Shown here: positions 11,380 through 24,000 of the stretch, piece by piece
Position numbering within the stretch: position 1 is the first letter of the stretch
How the letters are laid out: each line of letters opens with the position of its first letter
NCBI GenBank assembly: GCA_048213135.1
Contig: PS015376.1
Span: 5,007 to 52,345, forward strand
Direction of reading: 5' to 3'
Source of the DNA: Reclinomonas americana ATCC 50394
Lineage: Eukaryota
Length of the DNA: 47,339 bases
Made by a program: the position numbers and the translations under genes
The notes under the pieces: generated by a model
What the model was told of the DNA's origin: nothing
The model's input: the letters and a program-made list of their open reading frames with translations, nothing else
The model's database searches: none

Positions 11380-12660
11380 ATGGCTGGATCACGCGGAGGC
11401 AGCGCATCCTCAGCCGCCGCACCCGATCTCGGCGGCGAAGAGAACCCCATCTACCAAGTTACATAACACACACGCTAAACACACACACGCTTTGTTTGTT
11501 TGTTTGTTTGTTTTGTGAGCGTGAAATGGCCTTGTGCGGCTCTCTCTGTGTACTCACTCTCTCTCTTGTTTTTTTGTGACACAAAAGGTGACTCCTGGGC
11601 ATGAGCATCACGCGGATGCCGATCTCAGCTTGCGGCACGGTGGTGTCGCCTCGTCCTCCTCCAGCGTTGTCAAGGGTGCGTTCGCGTGATTCTCTCTCTC
11701 TTTGTCACACAAACTTCTCACGTTTGTGTGTGTGTGTGTAGCTTCTGATGGCGAGCGCGGGTTCTTGAGTCGCCTGTTCTGCTGCTTCACCAATCGCCAA
11801 CCGGTGCCACAAGCGGTGAGAAGAAGAAGAACGCGAAGAGTGTGTGTGTGTGTTGTCCGACACGGCCATTTCTCACACTCTTCTGCGCGCGCAGCCGAGG
11901 ATTCCCACACCACGGCGGTCACTTGACACACCAGTTGCGCGCCCTGTGCTCTTCTGCTCCTTCCCCTGCTCTCTCACAGAGTCGCTCACTTTTTGTGTTT
12001 GTTTATTAATAATAACAGCAGACAGCTCCGCCCTCGCGAGAGTACCTGTTGCCGCCGCAAACCGGCCGCAATAAGAACCTCATTACGTTGGTGTTGGATC
12101 TCGATGAGACGCTCGTGCACAGCTCATTCCGAGTTGAGTGTATTTTGTATTTCCCCCCTCATGTATCAATTGTTGACTGACTCTTGTGTTTGTTGTGTTT
12201 AGCCGGTGGAAGGCTGCGACTTTATCATTCCTGTCGAGTTTGACAACGTGCGGTGCGTCCTTTTTTTCATGCCTTGCCTCCTCCTCGCAAGCAGATTGCC
12301 TCAATTGCTTTGTTTGTTTGCTTGTTTAGACACGACGTGTATGTGCTCAAGGTTTGTTTGCTTGTGCGCTGCGATGAGTGATGGTCAGTGGCTTATGTTG
12401 TTTCGTGTTTGTGCAGCGGCCATTTGTGGAGAAGTTTATGAAGGCCATGGGCGAGTTGTTTGAGGTGGTGATTTTCACGGCCAGTCTCAGCAAGGTGTGT
12501 GTTTCTCCTGTCTCTGCTGTTGTTCTTGAGGGGAGTCCTTTGTTGCTCATTGTGGTTGCAGTACGCCAACCCCGTAATTGACAAGCTGGATAAGCACAAG
12601 GTGGTGTCTCATCGGCTGTTCCGCGAGGCGTGTGCCAACCACGGCGGTTCCTACGTCAAG
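11380..12660 (+). CDS. CTDSP: CTD small phosphatase (SCP/Psr1, NIF/FCP1-like HAD family); 3' end in gap; may extend upstream to ATG 10982 via a 45-nt intron
   Basis: Spliced translation gives [85 protein letters not shown]..GSYVK. Confidence 0.93.
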
Positions 12661-12694
12661 GTTCGTGTGCGAAAACAGAACCGACTCTCGTCTC

Positions 12695-12825
12695 CGTGTC
12701 TCCCCCTCTCTGTGCCACCCCTCTGCGCGTCTCGCCCTCTCTGCATGTCTCCCCCTCTGTGCGTCTCCCCCTCTGTGCGTCTCCCCCTCTCTGCACCTCC
12801 CCTCTCTGCATCTCCCCCTTTGTGC
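12695..12825. repeat. Intronic approx. 17-bp pyrimidine-rich minisatellite (cccctctgtgcgtctc)
   Basis: Several consecutive near-identical units that run into the N gap. Confidence 0.8.
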
Positions 12826-13195
12826 NNNNNNNNNNNNNNNNNNNNNNNNNNNNNNNNNNNNNNNNNNNNNNNNNNNNNNNNNNNNNNNNNNNNNNNNNNN
12901 NNNNNNNNNNNNNNNNNNNNNNNNNNNNNNNNNNNNNNNNNNNNNNNNNNNNNNNNNNNNNNNNNNNNNNNNNNNNNNNNNNNNNNNNNNNNNNNNNNNN
13001 NNNNNNNNNNNNNNNNNNNNNNNNNNNNNNNNNNNNNNNNNNNNNNNNNNNNNNNNNNNNNNNNNNNNNNNNNNNNNNNNNNNNNNNNNNNNNNNNNNNN
13101 NNNNNNNNNNNNNNNNNNNNNNNNNNNNNNNNNNNNNNNNNNNNNNNNNNNNNNNNNNNNNNNNNNNNNNNNNNNNNNNNNNNNNTCGCGTGCAA

Positions 13196-14894
13196 TCAAA
13201 GGAGTGCGGCACACGCAACAGCGTCTTCGGCACACTCGAGCACGGACACATCGCGCCCAGCCGTCGTCGTCACCACGCGACGCGAGCCCGGCAGCGCAGT
13301 CATCGTGAGCACTGCACATCGAAAGTCAGCAAAGCCCCTTTCCCAGCGACAACTCATGCCGCGACCAACCTGGTAGCATGCTGTCGGTCTCGAGCATGGC
13401 CGCGAACTCGCCCTTGCCTCCGCGCACATCAATGACCGACACACTCCCATTTTCGAATCCAGCCAGCAGCACCGGCGTCGCCAAGCCGAGCGGCAACCAG
13501 CGCAGAGCCATGAGCATGCCTGTCAAACCGATCAACAACCAAGACAGACAGACAACTCAGCGCACGAAGAGAAAAACGAGCGCACCGAGCTTATCCGCAG
13601 TCGCCGGTGGTCTCAGTGACCACACCGGCTGCTGCGTCGCTCGAGGATCCCACAGTAGCACCTGCACACCACTGAATAGTCGTTTCCACAGGCAAGCGAT
13701 CCGAACAAGAGGTGACTGACCTCCGACGAGTCCTCCGCAGGCGTCGCCAGCCACAACGAGTCGCTGGTGCACAGGAACAGTGAGCAGACTCGAGACGTGT
13801 TGCCTCGGCCTCCCTTCTTCCTCCTTCTCCTTGTCTTCCCGCACTCAAGACGCGTTGCCTCGGCTTCCCTTCTTCCTCCTTGTCTCCCTGTTTCCTTCTT
13901 GCCCTCTCTTTGTCTCCTTCTCATTCTCTGGCGTACTCTAGACGCGTTGCCTCGACCTCCCTCCATTCTTCCCTCCTGCTCTCCCTGTCTCCTTCTTGCC
14001 TCTTTCCCCAGTCTCCTTCTCTTCCTGTCTCCTCCCTACCTCCTTCTTCTTCTTCGCTGTCCGCACCCAAGACGCGTTGCCTCGGCCTCCCTCCCTCCCT
14101 TCTTCTGTCCATCTCCTTCTCCTTCCTCCCACCTTATCCCTCTCTCTTTCCTGCCTCTTTTCCCAGTCTCCTTCTCTTCCTGTCTCCTTCCTCCCTCCTT
14201 CTTCTTCTTCGCTGTCCGCACTCAAGACGCGTTGCCTCGGCCTCCCTCCCTTCTATCTCCCTGTCTCTTTCTCTCTTCTGTCTCCTTCTTGCTCCCTCCC
14301 CTCCTTCCACCCCTTTCCCTCTCCCCTTCCACCCCTTTCCCTCTCCCCTCTTCCCTCCTTCTCCTTCCACCCCTTTCCCTCCTTCTCCCTCCCCCCTTCC
14401 CTCTCCCTCCTCCCCGCACCCAACACGCGTTGCCTCGGCCGCACAAAACGTGCAACTCTGACACTGCACCGCCCACGCAATCGACTCTGCCACACGTGCA
14501 TCGTATGCACATACGCTCCCATCACGTCGCTGACTGCTCACACTCGTGAGTAACTGAGAGAGAGACTGTGACTGAGTCTGTGACACACTGACCACAACAA
14601 CAGATCACTGTCTTGCTCGTTGTCGAGCGATTGCAGTGAGAGCACTGCAGCTGAGGAGTCGGCGAGACGTGAGCTCACACGGAAGCTCTCCAGGTCCCAC
14701 CAGCACACCTCGCCATCCTCTGCCCTGTGTGCAAGAGAAAGAGTGAGCGACTTGTCTTCCTCTCTCTCTCTCTCTTTGTCTGCGATGCACCCTGAGACCA
14801 GCGCGCGGGAGTGATGAGAAAAGGCCACTGCAGTCACGCCACTGAGGTGACCGCGGAGAACGAACTCGGGAGGAGGTGGCGACTGCGCACTCAT
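13196..14894 (-). CDS. GNB1L: WD40 protein GNB1L/ASA1 (ASTRA-associated)-like; 3' end uncertain, probably in the gap
   Basis: MSAQSPPPPEFVLRGHLSGVTAVAF, DGEVCWWDL, QRRDGSV, TFC, KLGMLMALRW..VLLAGFENGSVSVIDV match the GNB1L/Asa1 signature. Confidence 0.8.
13786..14440. repeat. Intronic repeat array of six copies of the GNB1L exon-end/donor motif, separated by purine/pyrimidine tracts; includes a 155-bp tandem duplication
   Basis: Plus-strand motif (ccgcac)(t/c)caagacgcgttgcctcggc at approx. 13789, 13839, 13932, 14061, 14216 and 14414 (the true junction). Confidence 0.85.
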
Positions 14895-15015
14895 GAGATT
14901 GCCGGATTTGTCGGATATCGTCTTTAAAATCTCCTTCTCTCTAAATCGCAACAATAGTACTATGAACAAACAAACAAAACAAACAAACATGCAAGGAAAG
15001 GAAAGCTAGTAAAAA

Positions 15016-18000
15016 TTATTTGTTGCTGGGCGGCTGGAACTCGCGGAGAACCTGTTCGCACGCGGCCGGGTTCGCCTGCCACCACTCGCGCAGCATGTGC
15101 TGCATGCGCTGACGTGCGGCGTCGTGCTCCAGCGAGGCGCATACGGTGTCGGCATGCGATTCCAGGTGCGCCACCACGGCGGCGTCGTCGGACCAGTCGA
15201 CGTGCGACTCGCAGGCGGAGCGCAGACGCGAGAGGTACTCGATGCGCTCGGTGGTGGCGTTGGCACCCGCCGCGCGCATGATGCGCTGCACCGCGGTGTC
15301 CTCTTGCAGACGGCGACGCAGGCGCCAGTAAAAGTAGGCACGCGACTGCTCCCACGGGACCACCTCGCGAATGGCGCCCTTGGCTTGCATGCGCACCGGC
15401 GTGTCGTGCAGCTCGGCAAACTCCACGGCCACTCGGTGGTACGTGCCGGCCAGCGCAGTCTCCCGCTGTGTCAGGCGAGCGCGCAACTCAGCGCAGCGCG
15501 CCGCGCTGTCGGGCGCCCGGCTGGCCTCCTTGAGCTCGGCCGCCAAGCGATTGGCCACCGGATCGAGACGCTGGATCGCGGACTGAATGTCGCGCTCACG
15601 GAACTTGATCTCCACAATGCCCTCCGGCTCCAGCACACCTCCCGAGGCCGACGGGTCGGCGTACATTTCGATGCGCGCCGCATTAATGCTGCACAGAGTG
15701 GAGAGTGGTGGTGAGGAGGAAGGATTGCTCATATGGATTGGTTCTTGCAATCCCACTCACCAAGAATCGAGCACGACCCATGCACCGCCGCGCAGCTCGG
15801 CCTCCGGTGGAATGTACACAAACACTGAGATGATCGCAACAAATGGTCAGCCACTGAGTCTCTTTTCTTGTTTCCCTCTGTTCTTCTGCTCTCACCTGGC
15901 TGGTCATAGTCGACAAGACGCTCGACAATCATCGAGCCGAACTTGAGAATCTCCTCAAACATGTCACGACGACCGCCCGAGAACCCACGCCAGTTGGCAA
16001 AGATGAAGAGCGGCAGCCTCTCACCTACGCATTCACATGTCATCACAAACAGCGTCATCACTTCTCCTCCCGCCACCGTGACATACCGTGGTTGAAATCA
16101 TCCATCAACTGCGCAGTCTTGAATGCCGAGTCCGGGAACCACACCTGGCCGGCCTTCTGCACGTAGCGTTCCACCGAGTCGGGGTCCGCGGGTTCCGCTG
16201 GTCGCCACTGACTCGCGACAAAGAGTAAGCACCTCACCCATCCTGTTGCTTTTCCCCCTTTTTCAGACTCACCGCCTCTGTGAGCCTCGTCTCGACTGCA
16301 ATGACGCCAACCGGAATACCACCGAGCCGGGCACGACCGCCGACAACGTTGCGCGCCCACCCGCCCAGGTACTCACGGAAGGAGCCACGATCGAAGAAGC
16401 CCGGCCGCCACAGGCCACCCACCGTTTGACCGGCCAGCATCAGGCGCGGATCGAGTGAACCGTCGGGCAGCGGAGCCACCACCACCTGCAACGCGAATCA
16501 GCCTCACATGATCACGGAGATCTCGCAGCACAGCAACGCAACTGGGCGATACACTGGATCCGACGACGGCAGCACCGGGAGCGGTGCCGACACCGTCTCG
16601 GGAACAAAGGCCAACCACGCGAGGAGCTCCGCCACACCCTTCAAGTCGTCTGAGACGACCAGGTGTGAGATGCCGTTCGCGTACATGATGCGAGTGCCAC
16701 CAATCTCCACATTCGATTGGTACACGGTGCGACCGAGGACCTGTGTGCGGGTGCCGTCAGAACTGGCACAAAAGACAGAGTATGTTGGACACTTGCGGTA
16801 CCTTGTTGAGTGCAGGAGCGCCAGTGAGCAGGATCGGCTCGTCGCGCTTCTGAATGCATCTGCACAAGACAGAAGTTGTGAGAGAGCTGGCAGAAGCAAG
16901 AAGGAGGACGGCGACAAGAAGCGACGCACCGTTGACCAAGGCGCACGAGGTAGGCGCCAATGCCGACTGTGCGACCAGTCACAAACGATGCCGTGAACGA
17001 CTCACGATATGCTCGTGTGGTCTCGCCGGCAATCAGTCCCGAGCCACTCAGGTTCTCCACACCAATGCCTGTGATGATGACAAGTCAGCGACAATTCGAA
17101 TGGGAGAAGAACTCGCTCTTCTATCCCTTCCGCTCACCATCGGCGCCGTTCACAGACGAGAGCATGAAAATCCGCTCGCCAGTGCTCGGGTGCACCTGGA
17201 ACGAGCCCGACACGGTGCCTTCGGGAAGCGAAGCCAGCTCACTTTCCGTCAAGTACAGTCCATCAAAGCCTTGCGACGGGTCTCTGTGTGCGTTGCATTT
17301 CCCCGCAGAGTTAGCGCGCCACATGACAGGCACGAAAGACACACACAGACACACACTCAACTCTGCGTTCTTCCACAGAACGTGGAACAGGCGCTTCACG
17401 TCCATATCGAGGCCGATGCGCGCACCCGAGTTGGCAGCCATGAAGAAACGTGGCGCACCGTGCTTGCGCGCCAGACGAGACACTCGCTCAAAGAGCGCAT
17501 CCTGCACACATCACAAGTGAGTTGGCGCTTGCCTCAACCTTTGGCCAGAAACACAGACATCAAACCTCGTCCAGCGAGAACGATCCCGACGAGACCGTAA
17601 TGTCGTTTGCGAGGACATAGACAGGCCGTCCGTTCGGGTACTCGGGAGTGCGAATCTGCATGCGCCACGCCACCATGGCCACTGTGCTCGACAGCACCTC
17701 TGACTCCTCCGTCTCCACCTCCTGCAGCCCGTCGGGTCCGTCACCCAACACAAGGCGCGTGGCTGTCACGAGGCTCTCGTCTTCGGACAGCGACGGCAAT
17801 TGACGAGGTCCGGGAACTGCAGTGGCGCGCGACACGAAAAATATTAGTCACCTGCACACATTATCTATAGCTATCTTTCCTCGGTGTCGACTGACCCGCC
17901 GGTCCCTCTGCCATGGACGTCGCCAGGTGGCGTCGTGCGCGCGAACTGGGCGGTGGTGCCAGCAACACCGGCTCGCTCTCGCCAGCCGCCGCCGCCGCCG

Positions 18001-21000
18001 TCGCCGCACCAGCAGCACCGGCACTGGCGTGGCGGGAGCCAGTCATCGGTGCGCCGGCATTGTCGGTGCGATACTTGCGCCACCGTTCCTGCGCGGCCAA
18101 CTCAAACAGCGCGGGATAGTCGTGCACGTAGGGCGTGTTCTGCACTTGCGCAGCGATGCGCTTGTGGTCGAGTGGCGTGAGACACCGGTAGGGTGTCGTC
18201 GTTGGCAATCCATCCTGGTTTCACAAAAAAACACCTCAGCAACACTCACAGAGACATCAACTTTGCGCGCTGCTTGCACGCACCCACGAGTCGTACGCCT
18301 CGAGCACACCACCGTAGCTGCTCTTGGCCGGTCCGAGATAGCGGAACACAGTCGACCCGCTCAGTTCGTCCTTGACCTCCTGATAGATCTGGATGCCGAG
18401 ATCGTACCGCAGGTAGTTGTTGGCGACGAAGCGGATCGAGCGGATCTCGCCCTTGGGGGTGGAAATGCACGCGCGAATTTCCACCTCACGCACACCGAGG
18501 CTCCAGATGCGTGGTGCGCAGCTGAAATCACCGTACGGTCAACACCGAGTCACGAAAAAGGGATCACAGTGTTTGTCTGCATCTACGGGCGCAACTTGAT
18601 GGCAATGTTGGAGATCACCGAGAGACCGCGCTCGGCGTTGGTCGGGAACACTGTCAACACATTCATGTAGATGTGGTTGTAGAAGGTGCGTCCGTACGTC
18701 TTGGTGTCCTCAATCAGCAGCTCGAGAGAACTCAGCGTCTCCAAGAACAAGTTCTCGATTTCCGTGGTGCGGATATCCTGTCCGCGACCAGTGATGGGAA
18801 TGTCGCCCTCCAGCACCAGCGCACGCACAAAGAACCGCTGATCCGACACGCCTCCCGGAGAAACCTGTGAATGATTGCACGCCCAAAAGTCAGCGTTGAT
18901 TAAGACACACTCTTTTGTCTCTCAGACATTCTCTTCTGTGTCTGTCTCTCAAGTCTCTCTCTCTCTCTCTCTCTCTCATGTCTCTCTCTTTCCCAGACAT
19001 CCTCTTCTGCGTGTGTGTGCCCCTCCCTCTCTCTGTCTTTATTTCTCTCTCTCTTTCCCTTTCCCCTTCCCTCTCCCCATCACGCACCTTGTCGTTCTTG
19101 GCCTTGGCGTAGTAAATGTGGATCGGCCGGTTGGAGTTGGACGGCACCAGCTCAATGTCGTAGTTCCGCAAGCGCATGAGTCCCAGCTGGTGCGCCATGG
19201 CCGGCTCAATGTCACGGTACAGCGGATCGATTTTGAAGTCGAACCGCGAGCGGAAAGTGAAGAAGCGAATGTTGCGGTAGCGCTCGGGAGCATTGGTGCC
19301 GCACACAGTAAAGGTAACGCGACGGAAACCATGCCTACGGGAGAATGCGGTCAGAGAGGAACATTGCACACTCATTCGCCACACTACTCAACTCGGTGAG
19401 AAGCGGAATGCACGGGGCGAGGCTCGACGAAAACAAGGTGACCAGCTCGTCGTCAGTGACAACGCGGTTCTTGTAGTCCATCGGCAACGCAATGCTCAAC
19501 ACGTGTGAGTTGCGCGTCGGCTGATCGAAATGGCTCTCCAGTGGACCCGTGACGAGACCGCTAATGAAACGCGCAACTGCCTCGCGCAAGTCAGCCGCAT
19601 CGTCCATGTGCGGCAGCACGCCGAGGAAACCCGTGGCCAGTCGCATGCTGCGCAAGTCCTCCATCGACTGGATGCGACGCAGTTGCATGCTGTCGCCAGC
19701 GCCGCCACCACTACCACCACTCTCCGCATCGACTCCAGGTGTGCGCTCCGGTTGCTTGAACAAGAAGAATGCCGCCGGCACGTCGTCCACCTGTCATATT
19801 ATTGGATTGAGTGTCACAAACACGGCGCAGCATTCGATATCTCCCTCAACAAACCTCCACATGCTGGATCTCGTGAATCGGGAGAGTGCGATGCGACACG
19901 CGAATGTACAGCTCAATCGCTGCACGTCGCACCGCACCAGTGGCCTGGTAAAACAGGGAGATGATCGCCTCGATGGAGAAGACCGAATCGCCCGCCAGAC
20001 TCTCCTGCAAAATACGCAAGCATGAGCACACGAAAAAGATGGAGCGCACGACGCAAACATCAAGCGCTTCACGAACCAATGACACCGGTGGTCCTGCATT
20101 GCCTTGCTCCTCCACCACACGCTCGATCATTTCACGCAGCGAAGCAGTGCGCTCCTCGACAGACACGAGTTTGGAGTGCGCGCACATCAGCTTGGCACGC
20201 AGCGGCACGTCACCGTATCCACCACGTCGCTGGAACGAGCACAAGCGCTGCACCATTTGCGACACGTTGGAGAACCACAGTCCTTCGTGCTGGATCAGAC
20301 TGAGCAGCTCCAGCACCACCTGTGGGTTGTCGGTTGTTGTGAGTAATTAGTGAAAGAAGACGCACACGCGAAGAGGCACGCAACGGTGTTCTTCAACGAC
20401 AAGCCAGCGTGCGAAAACATGTACGAAAAGAGCATGGTGTGGTCTCCCTGGCACTCCTCTTTGAGGTTGGCCACAATCTCGATATCGGTGGTCACCACGG
20501 CGAAGCGCTCCTCGGTCGAAATATACTGCTGCAGCAGCTCGCCGACCACCTGCGCCAGTGGTGCTCGATCGTCGATGCGCACCGCTGTCGTCATGCAAAC
20601 GCAATAGCACGGAAGCGAAGATAAGAAGGTCTGCATCGACACACTGGTGAGACTGCACGCACGTTTCGACAAGTCCCCAGACGAATCGCTTGTCCGCATG
20701 CTGCTTTCCAGTGGACTGCTGAGGGAGCGCATGGAGCTGGCCGGCGACAGTGTCGGCGATGGCGTGCGCGGCGAGCGCACAGGGATCAACTCACTGCGTA
20801 CGGAGAGTCAGCATGAAGAGAACTTCAGTGTTTTTGGTGTGCAACAACAGGGAGGCACGCACGGGCACTGGTAGCGACTGAGGAAGCGTGACATCCACGT
20901 GCCCAGCTCTGGGTTGTCGTCGGTGAATGGCTCCAGCGACGTCTGCAACTCAAAGAACGGGAACACGCCATCAACACGCGCAGCCGCCACGGCACGCTGC

Positions 21001-24000
21001 ACCGATTCGACGACTGGTGGCGGCAGCAGCTTCTCAAAGACAGAAAAGCCATCAACAAATGTGTCGAACGGCACCGACTCGTCGAGCACCAGCTGCAGGT
21101 TGGCAACAGCGCGCGAAATCATGCCCTACGGAGCCAACACCACGAGTGAGCACGAGAGCAGGAGAGCAACATACACACGTTAAAAGCTCGGGGAGTACCT
21201 TAACAATGGACTCGGGACAAGCGTAGCCGTCGATAATGCCGGAGAGGACCTTCAGCGAGCGCTGCAACACCTGGTACGCCGAGTCGGAGGGCAAGCTGAC
21301 ATCGGAGAACTGGAAGCGCATGCTCTCGGGGAACGGGTCACTCAGCGGCGCCGCCTGCATGCTGGCCGCCGTGTCGTCCAACTCCAGATCGGCAATCAGG
21401 TCGCCGACTTCCAGCGCCGTCTTCTCGGGAATGCGGTGATGCACGCGGCCGCCCAGGGCCGAGACCACCGGCAAACACATCTTCATGACCTCCACCTCCG
21501 CATACGCCGTGCCGGCGTCCACGTGGCCGCCATCGGGCACAAGGAAGCTACAGAAACAGCAAGTCAGAGGCACACCAGCATGCACCAAACAAGGGGTAGG
21601 ATATCACGCACCGCAACAACTTGCCGGCCACCTCGGCGCGCAGCTTTGACGGGTCCTTCTGCGTCGGATAGAAGCACACGCTGTTGTCGATGATCATGCG
21701 AACACCACCGGCCTCCTCTCGCCAGTACACCGTGTGGCTGGCGTGATTGATGACCAACAAAATAGCTGGCGTGCAAGTATGAAAGAGGTGAGGAATTGTG
21801 ATGCAAAAGAGCAAACACGCACAGTGCAACTCACCAGCTTCGTTGATGGGGCGCACAGTGGCGTGGACAACAGAATTGTTCATCTCCACCATGAACGAGT
21901 CGCTGCCGGAGATGTATGCCGTCGCGCAAACCTGCAGTGATGATACACGGAATGAGCACAAAGACTCAACACCACACAACCCTTTGCCAGCACGCAACAA
22001 GGTGATCGGCAAACACAAACTCAATGGGGAACGAGTAGCCGACGAGTGTACGCGTCGGCATGTGACCCTGGCTGATTTGTTGCACGAACGCAGCACGGTT
22101 GCGTCGGCTCGAATCGTACGCCGACTGCACACAGCGGCACACCACTCCCAACATAAAGTCGGGCGGATCGGCGCGCACCGACTTGCTGATGATGCGGTCG
22201 AGCCATTGTGTGTCGTGACGATTCTTGGCAAAGTCCTCGCTCTCCAGCAACTTGCGCACCATGCCGACCGAGTTGTAGATCTCACCGCGAATCACCAACT
22301 CGCTCAGTGCCAAAATCAACCGTCGTCGCGCCTCCTCTCGTGTCTCGCCTGCCGCCAAGCATGAGTGAGCAGTGTGCTGGGCACGCTGACATTCACACCA
22401 AGAGGGCAACTCACCGCGCGCAAAAATGTGACCAAACTGTGAGTCGGAAAACTGGTGCACCGAGCCGCGATGCTCAAACGAAAAGTAGCCCCACACGTGT
22501 GGCTGACTGCGGAACGAGATCTCCTCAATCGAACCCGTCGTTGGCACGAAACCCTCGTCTGCGTTCTCGGCGGTGATGCGAGCAGCAATCACATGGCCGC
22601 GTGGCACTGGCTGCAGACTGAGATCGGCACCATACAGGCGACCCAACTCGGGAATACTGCGTCACACACACACACGAGTCGTCAGCTTCCAACCCATCTC
22701 CAACTCCATCACAAAGGACCGACGCAACTTGCCCAGTGGCATTCCCATGCCGACCAGCAATTGGGCGGCGGGAATGTTGACTCCACTGATGCCCTCCGTG
22801 ACTCTGTAGTGTCGACAAATTCGACAATGAGTGACAGGGAGTGCATGCGTTCAGTGATCGAGGCACGCAACGGATGCTCCACTTGCACACGCGGATTGAG
22901 CTCGAGGAATGTCCAGCCGGTGGGCGTATACAGGTACTCCACAGTGCCGACGCTGCGGTAGTCGACCAGCTTGGCGAGGCGCACAGCCGCCTGCTCCATC
23001 TCACGCAAAATCGGCGCCGGCACAGCATCGGCTGGACCCTCCTCAATGATCTTTTGGTGGCGACGCTGCACGGAGCAGTCGCGTGTCCACAGTGCCACCA
23101 CTCCACCGTGCCCATCGGCCAGCAGTTGCACCTCAATGTGGCGAGCCGACTCGAGAACGCGCATCACAAAAATCGGTGAACCAGGCACCTACTCGAGGTG
23201 GTGAGCTCACACGAAAGTTTAGCACAAACAAATCTCCCTCACCTCCGACTGCACTTGCGCCAGTGCACGTGCCATGTCCTCCGAGCGCATCACCTTGCGA
23301 ATGCCCTTGCCACCGCCACCTGCAACGATTCGCGCGTCAGCGACAGGCGGCAACAACAATACGTGGTGCATCCTGCATCTTTTCACCTTCACTGGCCTTC
23401 AAGACCACCGGATACCCGATGCGTTCCGCGTGCCGAATAGCCTCCTGTGCCGAGCCGACAGCCGCACGTGCCGCCAATGCGGGCGCCACACTCAACGGTG
23501 CGTCGCCGTGCGCATGATTCGCGGCACCCTCCACCACCAGCCCGTCGCCACTCCACGCCACCGTTGTCACGCCAGCACTCTGCGCCAGAATCGACGCCGA
23601 CACCTTGTCACCGAGCGCACGCTGCGAGTGCGCCGACGGGCCGAGGTACACCACACCGCGCTCGCCAAGCAGCTCCGGCAGTCGTGGGTCCTCCGATGCA
23701 TGGCCCCAGCCACTCCACACGGCGTCCACGCGACGGGCTGCGAGGTGGGCAAGAAGAGAGGGAGAGGGAGAAAGAGAGGGGGGGGGAAGGGAGGGAGGGA
23801 GTGAGGGAGAGAGAGGGGGGAGAGAGAGAGAAAGAGAAGGGAAAGAGAGAGAGAGAGAAATGAGTGGCTCCGCTTTGGATGGCGTGGTATGTAGACTGCA
23901 AGGCTTCTCAAGCGAAGTCTGTCGGCGATTCTGCAAGTCTCATGTCTGTTGCCTTGCATTCACCTCACACTCACTGCAGGGCCAGCTTGTGAACTCTGCT

